The notes under the pieces are model-generated. The model had not been told where the DNA came from. It did not search any database and was given only the letters and a program-made list of their open reading frames with translations. From NCBI GenBank assembly GCA_046563655.1, contig CM102286.1, positions 4,092,001 to 4,156,000 on the forward strand: 64,000 bases of DNA, in the 5' to 3' direction. Shown piece after piece: positions 51,901-64,000 of the stretch (position 1 is its first letter; the number at the start of each line of letters is the position of its first letter). A program made the translations under genes and the position numbers. This DNA comes from Yuukianura sp. NJ FZ-2021 (Eukaryota).

Positions 51901-54900
51901 AATGTCAGTCGCAGAAATTCTCATTACAACTCCACCTACGGCCATGTCACGTGGAATTGATTCCCGATATTCCTAGAAACAGAACATTAAATCATAAACA
52001 GCCGTAACGATTATCAAAACAATTTTAAAAATCAACACAGTCTCTCGATCTGTGGTCAGTTTACCTTACGTCTACCATATGCCTTTGTAAGCAGCATTTT
52101 AAAAAATACTCAATTTTATTCCATCATTGCCAAGTAATTTTTAATTCCACTTACGAATTTATCAAACATTGGTCGATTGTCATTGACATCCCGAATTGTA
52201 ACTTTGAGATTGCAAACATCATCAAGTTGTGGACGGCCGTTGTCAGTAGCTCGGACGGAAACATACGCCACTTTCTCTCGAGCTGGCTCGTCACGATCAA
52301 AGATCTAAAAAATACAGGAATCATATCACGCTTTCTTTCTTCAATCAAAACCGAATCGTTTTTGATTTACGACGTATAAAATACCTTATTGGTTCGAATC
52401 AATCCCGTTTGGCTGTCGACTACAAAATCGTCCGTCGTCTCTACAATGGAGTAAGTAACTCTTCCGCCAGCATTGGGCGGGTCAAGATCCTCTGCATGAA
52501 CTTGGATCACGGAAGTGTTGATTGGCTGTCCTTCGTACACGGCCGGAGCGTAGGATGAGCATAAAGTAAAAGTCGGCTTGTGGGCATTTCCCACAGTAGT
52601 ACCAAGCGTATTCACAACCTAAAACAAAATTCCCAAAAAACATTTAAAATTTTCCATTTCCGAAACATTTTTGAAGACAATCTTTGACCACAATTTACCG
52701 TGTAAGTTGCTGCCGAATGTGGACTTGTTGTGATGCCCGTGAAGCTCTCCATTCTAGGAGGCATTTCTCTGTCGGACCGACTGTGTCTGCGGTGGTGTCT
52801 GTGCATTGAGCCTGAAAAAAAAACCAAGAAAAATTAAATTTTTAGACTTTAGTTGTTTCATTCCCAAAATGAAGGTCTTGGTAATACACTAAATTATGCA
52901 TTAACATCCAATTCCAAATGCTCTCTTCGTTTCCCATTCACTTTTCCAGGGGGAATTTTCAAAAAACGTGGCTTTTCTACCCTCTTTCCCAGTTTGACAG
53001 ATTGCCAAAGTCCCCCTAAACTCATATTTATGATCTTTGGGGTGGAATATAGCGGTTAAAAGGAAACAAAGGCTTTTGGAGTCAGTCCATTCTGATTGAA
53101 TTTGAGTTTCTTTTTTCCATTTTCCAGCATCATTGACACTCCTGGCTGCTTTTCCCTCCAGTCAGTAGTCAACTTGATATTCAAAACCCGCTCCCGACTT
53201 TCTGGTGGTGTGAGAAAGAAATGAAAAAGCCACATTCGTGGATCTTTGGCTAGGGTAAGTCATAACCAGACACTCATGAACGGTAACTCATGAACCGCCA
53301 TTCTTAAGGACGTCAGTTTTTGACGTTATGCTTACGGACGGTTAGATTTGGATACTTTTAGGTTAAGTTGCTTAGCTTCTGTGTTTACAACACACAGTCC
53401 ATAATAATACATGTCCAGAAGTTACCGTACATGAGAGTCCCGGAATCGGAGAAGCGGAAGGGACAAAGGATCCCAAGTGGACTTAAGTGGAGAAGATCCT
53501 GCTGAGGGAAAGTGCGGGTTTCCATTTGAAAACGGTGAAAGCAGCGCCTGAATGATAATGCCCCTGACTTTCACTTCCTCCTCATCTTTGCTTCCAGTTC
53601 ACGTCCTGCCTAACTCCTTTCCCTCCAGTTCAAATCCTCCCTCCCTGCATAATCCCATCCACTTCATAAACCTCACAGATATCATTGAATCTAGAACAAT
53701 GACGACGAGAGAGTCGCTTCATCGAAGACGGAAAACAATCAGCCGGAGGGACAGCGCTAGAAACACTGTTAGTTTCAGAGATGAACGACATTTATGACAC
53801 TATCGCCATTCTCCATGTCCAAACTGTTCCAGAGCCTTTCTGTCAAAATCAGTTCTGGACACAATCCGAAATAGGCCAACTTTGCCACTTTCGGTTTTCG
53901 TTGTCGCTGACTCATTAACCTAACATAAACATAACCTGGAGATACTGAATTAGGTTGAAGGTGATTGATCCATGATCTGGTAATTAATCTCAGGGCAAAC
54001 AAGAAGCAACACAAAATGGAGATCCATTTAGAGCAGGAAGAAGGTTTTGATGGATGATTTTTTTCTGGCTATAAGAAAGAAAGAAAGGCAACCGGAAACT
54101 ACCCGCCATTTTCTTGAAGCTACCCGGCAAAAAATCTTGGGTAAACTAAAACTTCGTCCTCCCTCATCATTCCAAAGTTTACTTTAAATCAGAATGTGTC
54201 TCTCTCCTTCTGACGTTCTTGGAATAGTTTTTTCAAATTACCCGCCAGAGAAAAGAGGGGTGAAAAAAGAAAAGAGAGGAATTTTCGGGTAATTGGGAAA
54301 CGAGGGAATTCTTTTCTGAAAACAGAAAACTTTCGAAAAACCATGGAGATAGTTTACATTTCTACCCTCCGGTTGGCATGTTTTCTAAAAATTTGAAATT
54401 GAGAGGGAGGTTGCTCAGTTTTCATAAAAGCATGAAACGCTCTTTTAGAAAAAGATCTTCTGATTTATTGAAAACATTTCTTTTGATTTGTCTCTGGAGG
54501 ACAGATTGAAAGAAGTTTTCAAGTATCTTGACAACCATGACTTGGAAAAATTAAAAGAAATTTTTTCCTTTCAACTTTTTGAATTTGAACTCTCTTTAAT
54601 GTCAACTGGGCGAGATCCATGAGAATGAAAATGGCAATGACATATTCTGCCTCAGAGGCTTATGGTTTAAAACCCTTCACTTTAAAATAAAGTGATGATC
54701 CATATCTAAAGGACTCATCTACCCGAGGATTGTCAGGGATGATGACCTCGGACTTAGTGATTCCACGGTTCACAAAGTCACCAAGTCACAAAAATGCTAA
54801 AGTTAATGGCGACCCCCTTACACGCAACGGCTCTTTCTAGATCCGATTTCCCTTGCCATCGTTTCACTGGACTGGAATCCGTAATTCGAGATCTCGGAAA

Positions 54901-57818
54901 CTGCCATCCTCCGGCGGACTCCATTAGTCCACCTCCGCTTCACTTCCCGCCCCAGAAAAACCACAGTCAAGAGAACAACGACCAAAGTTTTTGGCAAATA
55001 TAGGCTTAGGTTCAGATGAAAAGCGACATGTCAAAAGATCACTTTCGAGTAGAGAGAGACACTACAGAATTTGGACCGTGACAAAAGAAGACTTCGGGCA
55101 TCGTGGAGCCAAATCCACCAAAATCCACTTCAAAACATCCAACCAAGTCAAAAAAGCAGGATTCAAGTAACTGACAAAAAATCAACCTCGTCCATGCAAA
55201 TAAAACACATAGACAGTGTGTGTCTTTGGGAAAAATATAAAAAACGGCAGTTTCAAAGCAAGAAAGGCTAGTCGTCGTAACAATAAGAGGTTTTAGTACC
55301 TCAAATCTCTCTCAGAAGTCAACGACCGGAAAGAAGGTGATGCTCTTCTTCTGAGAGGTGCAAATCTGGGGGTCTAAAAGCCAGCTTGTAATACGCAACC
55401 TCTAAACAGAAACAACATAAACTCCTCATACTTTTTCCTGAGAAAAATATAAGTTTTACAAACCAATTTTTAAACTCATTTTCTCAAGTTCTGACTCGGA
55501 AAAATGAAAAACTGTCGAGTTAAAATTGAAATTGGTTCCTACTTCCAAGAAACTTGGTAATTTTTTTCTTCTCAAAAAGTTGATTACATCATTCTGGCTT
55601 TCCTCAAGAAGATCTCAACTTCGTAAAGAGCCCTTCACTTTTTAGCTCTTCCAAGTCCTCCCCTGTCCCTTTCGTAATTGAAGCTTTTCTGTGTTTTTAC
55701 GACCGTATTCACAGGCAAAAAAGCTCTAAAAAATCCGAATCTGATTTGCTGGCTTGAAATAATGGAGTCAAAGTCATACCAGCCAAGGTACATTGGCAGG
55801 ATTTGCGAGTCTGGAATTAGATGCTTTCCGTTCACACCTCGTCATGTCATCCATGTCAGTGGGATTTGTTTCTGAACGAAGTTTATGAGGGTACCCATGG
55901 TACCCTGAGGATGTCTCTCTCCAACTAACCTTATATGTATTTTTGGGGTGTTGGCGAGGCGACGTTTACTGACATTTCTATTTGCAGACAAGGCAGAGTG
56001 AACCTAAAGTTTCCAAAGTTTGTGAGGGAAGTAGGAAACAGCAGGGAGAAGGAAATGGCGGCAATCCTTCCCTTGGGAATCAGGTGACTCTGATGAGGGC
56101 TAAGGCCAAGGCGTCTCTTCCATTGTGTTAAGGATTCCCAGGGAGCGTCTAAGGATATTCAGAAGGGCTTAAGACACACGGAAAAAGACGTGTAGGGGAG
56201 ACTTTACTGTAGTTTCCAAGGAAAATCTTCTGAACAGGGATTTTCTCTGTTCACCAAGGGAGCATAGAGCAGATGTGACAATTCCATCTTCTTCAGTCTG
56301 CACTCCAATGACCTCAAATGCTTGAGGCAGTCAGATTCAATCTCGTCTTCTTCGTAGTACTGCTGTTTCGTGAAGATACAATTCCAATTTATCCTATTCT
56401 CACTCGATTATTCGTGCTCTGAGTCAGACCAAATTAATAACAAAAGTTATAAAACCCAAAGAGATCGTGAACTAAAGTAAATCATGGTCGCCTCACAAAA
56501 TAATGAGCTGCCAGATTTCATTTTCCGATCAAGTTCAACCAAGTGATGATGAATCATTTACATTAATCTCCTCCGAGAAAGCCGCCTTTCCAACCAAACT
56601 TCTTTGAAATTTTTGACACCTAACCTATAGCTCGCAGGCTATTGACTCTCGAGAATGCATTTGTAACGCTAGAACTCAATTGAGTTTTGAGTTCAAAGGG
56701 AATACAGAATAATAACTTATATACAAAAACGAAAAAAAAAATGAAATAACGCTCCCCTTCCTTCCGAAAAAAAAAATCGTGCTTTTTACACGGGAAACGA
56801 GGGCTACAGAAGAAGTCTTTTCTCTCTTTGACTTCGTTTGTTCCGCTTCAAGGGAGAGGAAATCCTTCATGAAGCCTTCGTCATTAGACTCTTAAGTGCA
56901 ATGTAAAAGCTATTTCTTTAAGGGTACGGCCCTGCAGGTTTGTCCATAACTTTGACGTTTGAAGGGTGTGTTCAGTTCAGCGCTGAAAAAAACCAAGCAT
57001 ATTGTCTATTTACCCCCAGAAAACTCAAATACAGTAGAACCTCTCATTATGCAACTTGTAGCTCCGCCTCTTCTGACAGCGGGTTACCTAAAACGTAAAC
57101 ATTTTTGAGGAATTTACATGTAAACAAATCAAAACACAACCGCTTTTGCGTGGTCCAGTCCAACATGTATATCAGTTATGTTGGAATTTGAAGCTGTATG
57201 TTTTATGTTAGCAAAGAACTAGACTTGCCGAATCAGGGTGTGTTGCACAATGAGGGGTTCCACTGTATATGTTATATGTTTTCATCAATTCAGTGCGTAA
57301 AGGGCTCCCTCCCTTGATTCCGGTGACAGAAGTTTTTAACTGTCAGTTCAGTAGCAGTGTTATCTGCTCCTGGATCCCTCTTGACATGGCTCAAGAGGGG
57401 CCCTTTACTTCGTGACATGAACATACTGCTTCTATAGTAAGGTTGGGAGGTCTCAATTAAGGCTGAGGTCACGGAGCTCTAGCAAGTGAAGTGTATATAA
57501 AAAACTGACTGACTCACCTGCATTTGTTTCTGGAAGAACCACGAAGGTGAGAAAGATGAAAAGGAAAATGGAGGGGACTGAAGTCCCCGAGGCACTTCCA
57601 AACACTTTTCGAGACATTCTGAATAAGGCAAGGGACGATGCTGCTGCTGACGAGAAGCTACTTGGAAGGTAGGACGACGATGATGCCTTGGCGATGTTAG
57701 GATTTTCCGTTACGGGTACTTTAACGTCTCTGAATGTTTCTTGCTCCGTGGTTTGAAAAACTGGTCTTCTGGGATCCCTTTGGACTTGGAGTACTTGAGG
57801 CTGTTTAAGTGGGAGCAT
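45964..57818 (-). CDS. shg: Classical cadherin, DE-cadherin/Shotgun-like (about 20 coding exons; start at 57818 or 57617)
   Basis: Signal exon 57518-57818 (IFLFIFLTFVVLPETNAG); EC1 HKPTFTLCSSYAPAVYEGQP...FDRDEPAREK...ATDNGRPQLDDVC...DVNDNRP resembling DE-cadherin; further EC repeats (DENDERP, DKNDNSP, DVNDNPP, DLNDNP); nonchordate domain (SGSIRLSG, DVRFSAH); EGF (CQPNPCLHGG); LamG (GPLQLGG, GFVGCI); TM; cytoplasmic DDIRENIINYSDEGGGEGD and YAYEGDGNSIGSLSSL...GPRFKKLADIYG; stop at 45964. Confidence 0.92.
46722..47550. mobile_element. Foldback/MITE-like palindromic element (~366-bp inverted arms, ~96-bp spacer) filling most of a cadherin intron
   Basis: 46722-47088 is the near-perfect reverse complement of 47185-47550; the arms have a GC-rich outer block (GGGGTGCGCCCGCGTGC...) and an extremely AT-rich inner part; it lies in intron 46671-47555, much longer than neighbouring introns. 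Confidence 0.8.
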
Positions 57819-60800
57819 TTTCTCTGCTCTTCTGCTGCTGGATTGAAACTTCCCGCCTGGAAAAAAAAAGAAACAACATTAATTAAGGGGCCTTCATTTT
57901 TCTGGTTCATGTTTATAAATAATTCGTATGCAGGGCAGGTTTACGCTGAAAACAGAAATTAAAGTTAAATACTTTCTGAACCGCTGCACTTCTTTTAAAC
58001 GGGAAGCTTTTCTTTTTCAAGGAAACCTTAAAAGATTGCTAAAGCGTTAAAGGCAGATACACGCAGTTCCCCGGGGAAAAGTCAAACTCCGGGGAAATAG
58101 GGGGAAAGGAAACTGGAAATTGAAACCGATTTAGATAATTGAAGCTGCATGTCCAATGCTTTCTATTTTACTGCACTTACTGGAAAACAATGAATCTAAA
58201 TTGAAATTAAAGTTCAATAATTTCGTAAACGTGACTTTAACTTTTAAGTTCGTTTCGTTATCCAAGGTAAAGGAATTACAATTTTTCAGTGTTTTCCAGA
58301 TAGTTAAATCCCCTGGCTGGCAGTAAAAACTGGAACATATCCAATGTTTTCACCGAAATTCGGTGAAAGTAGAATCCGTTCCGTTACTGGCCTATGTTTC
58401 AGAAAGTTTTCATTTCATTATGAATTCTTTGAATTAATCATACAACTACTTAATTTAAATTCAGCAGTAGTAAGACACGAGCATGGGAGTCCCGCTGAGA
58501 GAACCACAAGTATACGTAACTTTAAGTTTACCACTTGGCTGGGTATTCAAGCTTCCTACGCTTCGTGTTGAAGAAAAGAAGCGCGACCTATTTTGTCATT
58601 GTGATTTGAATGATTCACTCTACGTAGGCTCCAATATCATAAAAGTTATGGTTCGATAATTGATTTCACTGGAAACTTTTTTATATTCGCAATTCACAGG
58701 CAATGCAATCATCCAAAACTACATTCACTATACCTTACCACCTTATTTTTACAACTTAACATTTCTATTTCTGCATTTTGATTGCTTCATCATCATCATC
58801 ACGCCGGAAACCATTTCAATCAAACGAACCAATGATTCCTAACGTTTCTACGAATGAGTGACAGCTTTTGTTTTTACCCCGTCAGTCAGACTTTGACTCT
58901 TCGACTATTTTTTTAAACTATAAGCACATAAGTACTCGGTAAAAAACAAAATTTTATCCGGACATGTTTTGTATGGGCGGAGATAACAGGCTTTGCCTTT
59001 TATCTTATGTTTGATTTGTAACCACTTCGTCCAAGGATATTAGGAACAGAAATGACGGTTTGCTCATGGCGTATGACTGAGCAGCGCTTAAAACGCTGAC
59101 TGGGTATGTACTGAGAACCAACACACCTAACCGGCTTATCCTCATCTCCTACGGAATTCGAAAAGATGACATTTCTTCCCAAGAGATTAAAAGTCCACTA
59201 TGCCGCCATTTTGTGACTTAAAACCCGAACTGGCCTGTAAAACTGTAGTCATAAGTGATAAGTGCGTTCCTTTAAGTACATAGTTTTGAGTAAAGTATTG
59301 TAAAGAACCTTCCTTATCCTGCCTTGTGTTAAGAATAGGAATGATGAAGTGTGCACGTCTCGTCGTGACACACAATGGCAACGTCAAGTGTGACTCATCT
59401 GCTGGCTCCTTGGTAAGAATCTGCAGAAGGAAGATGTGACTCTCACAGTAGAGATTTATGAACTACTCCAAAAAGACACATTCCGTTGAGACGACGTCAT
59501 CAAACAATGGAACTGAGACTCAAACTTTAAAAAATTACTCAAAACGGGATGATTTCGTGGAGCCGGAAGTGAAGACCTCAAAAACAATGCAATTGTCATT
59601 CCAAGTATCACGAGACACGGGCCGTTTTGACTTTCCGGATGAAACAACACCAAATGCTAAAAGCTTTCTTCTTTCTGTCAATGACCCTTTGTCCTACTGA
59701 AAATCAACTGTCAATTGCCACATCACTGCCATGTCACACCCCATTGTTACAAACCAAGAGTAATCGTATTCTTTACGACTAAAACATTAAGTTAATGACA
59801 GTTCTTACCTGGTTTATTTCCCAGGGGAAGATGAAGTGACGATTGATTGATTCCGGAATTCGATCTGTATCACCTGTTGAGATTTCTAAATTCACCTTGT
59901 CTCCATACAGTAGTTTCAAGAATGAAATCAGACGACGGCAATTTACACTCCACTCACAACTTTGTTCAGGTGATCAGAAAGGAATAATGTGGTGATTTTG
60001 TATTAACGTTTTTAAATGTCTGCACTTTTAAAAATCCCACTTTTTTTTAGAAAGAAACTATGCACATGTTACGCTGTCACTGAGAGTAACATTTGTTTTG
60101 GTGTCGACGATGCGGCTTCTCTTGGTAAACTGAACTTGTGAACTGCCGGAAACCTTTCCCCCTACCTCACTCCCTATGAAATCCAACCTGTTGCTTTGCT
60201 ATGCCAAACAAGAAGCTTTTAGTCGTTAAGGAAGGGATGATTCCGATGCTGATGTAGGGTGTGTTGTTCCCCCTTGTGCTCTTTGGACAACTTGTACAGT
60301 GTTCTACATAAGTGTTATAAGCAGTTTCACCGGGTTGGTGTGAAGAGAGAGAACAATTGAATTGCTAAATACTACAAAGAACTGTAGCTCCAAGGTAGTT
60401 CAGAACGTTGGTTCTATTGCCCAGTCTCCCATTTCTATTGAAATTGACTCTTGAAATGCAGCGTCATACTCAACAAATGCATCATTTCTATGTTCAGTGA
60501 CTACTCATGCACTATGCGTCACTTTTGACATACTGTTGGTTTTGACTTTGGGGTTTGGTATTTGGCTTTGTTAGAAAATGGGGATGAATAACCTTCGATA
60601 ATCAATTTTGGAGGAAATGAAGATGACGTAAGATGTGCACAGACCACTTCCGGAGCCAGAAATAAGTTGTACCCCAAGAATGCTTTCACTTTGTTGTCAT
60701 GTCGCCGCTACCATGTTTGGTAGACGGTACTTGCTCAAAACTGACTGCTAATTCAGTAGTTGCACCATAACGAAAAACATAACCAAAAATAACAATTGTT

Positions 60801-61132
60801 GAGAAAAATTGCCGACGTATGCATAAATTTAATGCCCGAATGTTAACTTGTAACAGGGTTACAATTTCAAGGCTCGAGTTTGTGTTTGGTTTATTAGGTC
60901 ATAAAACTTTTACTGAAAATGGTGACATGGCTGGAAATTTCATTTCACCGTTTTATGACAATTGTAAAGTTTAGCAAGAAAAGAATAAGTCAAGCCACAG
61001 AAATGTTTTTATCAAAGTCGTGCCTTGATTTGATAACAAAAGTGCTTGTTTAGCGTTTTTGTTATTTAACTAAGCCGAATCACTTCGGCTGAACAGTCGT
61101 TCATGATAGTAAACGTATCTAGGCCATTTAGG

Positions 61133-63790
61133 TTACATTCTGGATTGTGTACATAACTTTGTCCATGATGAAACCAGCATATTCTTAAATTCTGTTCTAA
61201 ATTTAGTAGCCATCATGTAATACAAGAGGAAATTTGTGGCAGAGTTAAAAATTATTGGTAAACAGGCTACGGTTTCAGCAACTTCCGGTTCTATGCCTTT
61301 CGAAATAAAAACCCAGTGAATTGTAGCACTAATGGAATTGCAAATGAAGAAGATTAGAACAATTGAAAGTAAAACTCTAGAGAGGGAATGGCCGCCATCT
61401 GTAGTATTTGAAGTACTAGAGATTAGTCGTCGTTTTTCTGCAGCTTTTGTGACCTGCAAATTCAAAAAAATTCAATGTTTTCATTCATTTTGACTTTTTA
61501 GCAACAAATTATCATGTTTTTGCTAATTACTTCTATCCAGATGAGTAAGTTGAGAATAGGAATAGACGCCAAGGGTATGGCGAAGACAAAGAAGTACCAC
61601 ATTCCCTTCTGATAGACGCTTTCATATATGGGGAATCTGTGAAGTTGGCGCGGAAAGTGGGAACTCCAATTTGGCGAGTCGGCGCGATAACTCCATTGAA
61701 TGAATTCAAACCATCGCGGTATGTTTAGTATCACTGAAAAAGCTAAAACAGAGAAGATGTAGCGTGTTGTGTTTTGAATTTTGAAAATTTGAGGAGCTCG
61801 AAACGGGTAGCAAATGGCTATGAAGCGTTCTACTGTGATTAAGAGTGTGATGTAGACAGATCCAGTGTAAGCTGAAATTTTCAAGTAAAAGAAATTTAGA
61901 ATTTCAAAATTTGGATGTCAAAATTTCAATTAATGATTTCGAACCTATTTGGTTCAATGGATAAGCAAAATAGCCATTGAAAGCCGAACGTACGAAGTCG
62001 TAACTAAACAAAAGTTGGAATTCTTCCACACTGACGAACGATGTAAGCAAATAGAGCGAATCGAACATCAAGAGACTCAGCATCAGAAAAGTCGTAGAAG
62101 TGCGCATTGTTCTGCGCATATATACAAGTACACTTAGACTATTAAACACTAGTCCAATTGTACACAATGTGTACACAAATGTTGTGTAGGAATAGTACAG
62201 TAAATCCAATGTTTCCAGTGTTATGTCCATTGTGGACACTCCAAGTGCCTGGAGCAGTTTGATTATCCTGGTCAACTGATCAACCTTGAAAACGTTAACT
62301 TCATAAGTCCAACCATTTTCGGTTCTGCTAAATAAAACTTGTTTCCCGCCAGCATAGATGTCTTCTGGAAGTGACACGTTCAAATAATTTTGAATTTGGC
62401 GCTGAAATTCGTTTCGAGTCCGCCGCCTTACGTCAGGTACAATGCTAACATGGAGCCTTTGCAGTTGTTGTACCACTTTATCCAAAACTCCCGGGCGTAA
62501 AACGTCATCAATTGAGAGGAGTAGGTTGTGTACATTTGGAAATAATTTCAGAAAATTTGGAATGATCTTATGAAATCCTTTACAATTCCACAGACCAAGT
62601 GAACCCAACATTGGAAATGGACGTATGTTGTGCACAGAAACGTCAATTTTTGATAGAATCAAAGCTTCTAAGGATGTTGGCAGCGAGTCCAGCACTACAC
62701 TAGGACAAATGCCTTCGAAGAAGTGACAACCAATGGACAGGATTGAAAGATTTCCCAACTGTTTGATGTCTTCTACATCTGAATTCCAGAAATACATGTG
62801 GTCGAGCCACAAAGTTTGAAAGTTTTCAGAAACCTTGAACTGCTTGATGTCAACATCACCGTAGGTCATGTTCAAAACAACCAGATTCGGAAATAGAACA
62901 GGATTCAGCGTTGACGTCCATCGTAAACTGAGGCGCCAACTAGTGAATTGCTCAAGCGTTCTATTTGGCAGTATCGAAATGTCAATTGCTTCATCTTGTA
63001 GCAAACTCACTTTCAGCTTTGTTGCAACTTTTGTTGTTTTCAAAATGTCCGCAACTTTTCCATTTAAATATTCATTGTTGTCTAAATCCACGTCAATCAT
63101 GGATCCCATCTTCAGCTGACGCACGTCCAATAAGCAGTAATACGCCGAAAATTTTGTAAAGTCAGACCAGATTCCAAAAATTAGTTTCCAGACACTCTGG
63201 TCCTTGATGTCAACTGCGTCAATTTCGGAATTGGTAAATTTCAACCTACCTTCCGTCGTATTTCCAGCAATTGAAAAGTTGACGTTTCTCAGTTCGGACA
63301 AACCGTTGCTTGTGATGGAAGTTTTGTAAAAGAAGATGATTGATTTCAATGATTTTACGGAATTCCAGTTTGAAGTTTTTAAAGTCGGGTTCAGTTGAAA
63401 TTCAAAGACGTTCAAATTTGGCAAGTAGACTTTCTTTGCCCGTGTTTTAGAATTTGAATCTGAGTCCCAGATGATATTTTGCAAATACACGGATTGCAAA
63501 TTTTGACAGTTCTGGAGAATATTCAGAAGCGTCTTTCGGTTGACCGTGGCGTATTTGACCTTAAACGTCGTCCATGTACAAAGGTTATGAAATATTCCAT
63601 CGCTTGTCAAGGTCTTTAGGTGTGTTGAATTTCCTTCAAGTTTGTATTCACTCTCCTAAGGAATTTGAGAACAAAATTTTGTTAACAAATTGGTAAGACG
63701 AATTGATATAATGTTAAAAAAACTTACAGACTGGAGGATTTCCCCTGAAGAAAATGTTAGGAATAACAGTAACAATTGAACACAACCCAT
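61133..63790 (-). CDS. Class A GPCR (FMRFamide/myosuppressin-receptor-like 7TM) with signal peptide and long LRR-like ectodomain (~811 aa); exons 63790-63728, 63655-61945, 61871-61531, 61453-61133
   Basis: Signal exon MGCVQLLLLFLTFSSG; LxxLxL-type repeats; then in the same exon TM1 GLVFNSLSVLVY and TM2 LLMFDSLYL; TM3 YTGSVYITLLITVERFIAICYPFRA; TM4 NIPRWFE; TM5 FAIPLASIPILN; TM6 IVLIFFICN; TM7 FNSATNFLLY; helix 8 KFRTEF. The 2436-nt spliced frame is phase-consistent. Confidence 0.82.
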
Positions 63791-64000
63791 TTTCGTAAAG
63801 TTTTTCAATTTATAAGAAAATGTGTCGATATATGACTTGAATTATTGGTGAAAATGTAAAGTGTAATGAAGCTTTTTTGACCGTGAAGTAAACTTGTAGT
63901 TAATTTTTTATTTCAATTCATAATGAAGTTTTAAATTAACTACACTGTAGTTCCGCCTTGGAGGTTGAATTTCTGCGGTAAATTTTTTCAAGGAAATCCA

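Noticed and set aside
55888..55906. Near-palindrome AGGGTACC-cat-GGTACCCT
   Set aside because: Isolated short palindrome with no element structure.
59458..59700. 80-aa hydrophilic + strand ORF upstream of shg
   Set aside because: No motif, no plausible exon chain; cannot be supported without transcript data.
61073..61090. Short hairpin AGCCGAA-tcac-TTCGGCT after the GPCR stop
   Set aside because: A 7-bp stem is expected by chance; rho-independent terminators do not apply to this eukaryotic locus.

Overview
Eukaryotic (arthropod, most likely hexapod; short AT-rich GT-AG introns and gene content suggest a springtail-like genome, which is inference only) 64-kb window with seven spliced protein-coding genes reconstructed by hand from splice signals. 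They are: a kekkon2-like LRR-Ig receptor (+, 15.9-20.4 kb) inside a ~32-kb otherwise non-coding region; a GMC oxidoreductase (+); a receptor tyrosine kinase whose ectodomain is a GH17 beta-1,3-glucanase-like domain lacking its acid/base Glu (-); a hemopexin-less, probably membrane-anchored MMP (+); a secreted JHBP/takeout-like + VMO-I fusion (-); DE-cadherin/shotgun (-); and a class A peptide-receptor-like GPCR with a ~470-aa LRR-like ectodomain (-). Two intronic inverted-repeat elements are present (~830 bp and ~214 bp). The strongest novelty candidate is the pseudo-glucanase receptor tyrosine kinase, a putative glucan-sensing receptor, followed by the LRR-GPCR and JHBP-VMO-I chimeras. No rRNA, tRNA or CRISPR was recognised. 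No database searches were run; family calls rest on recognised motifs.
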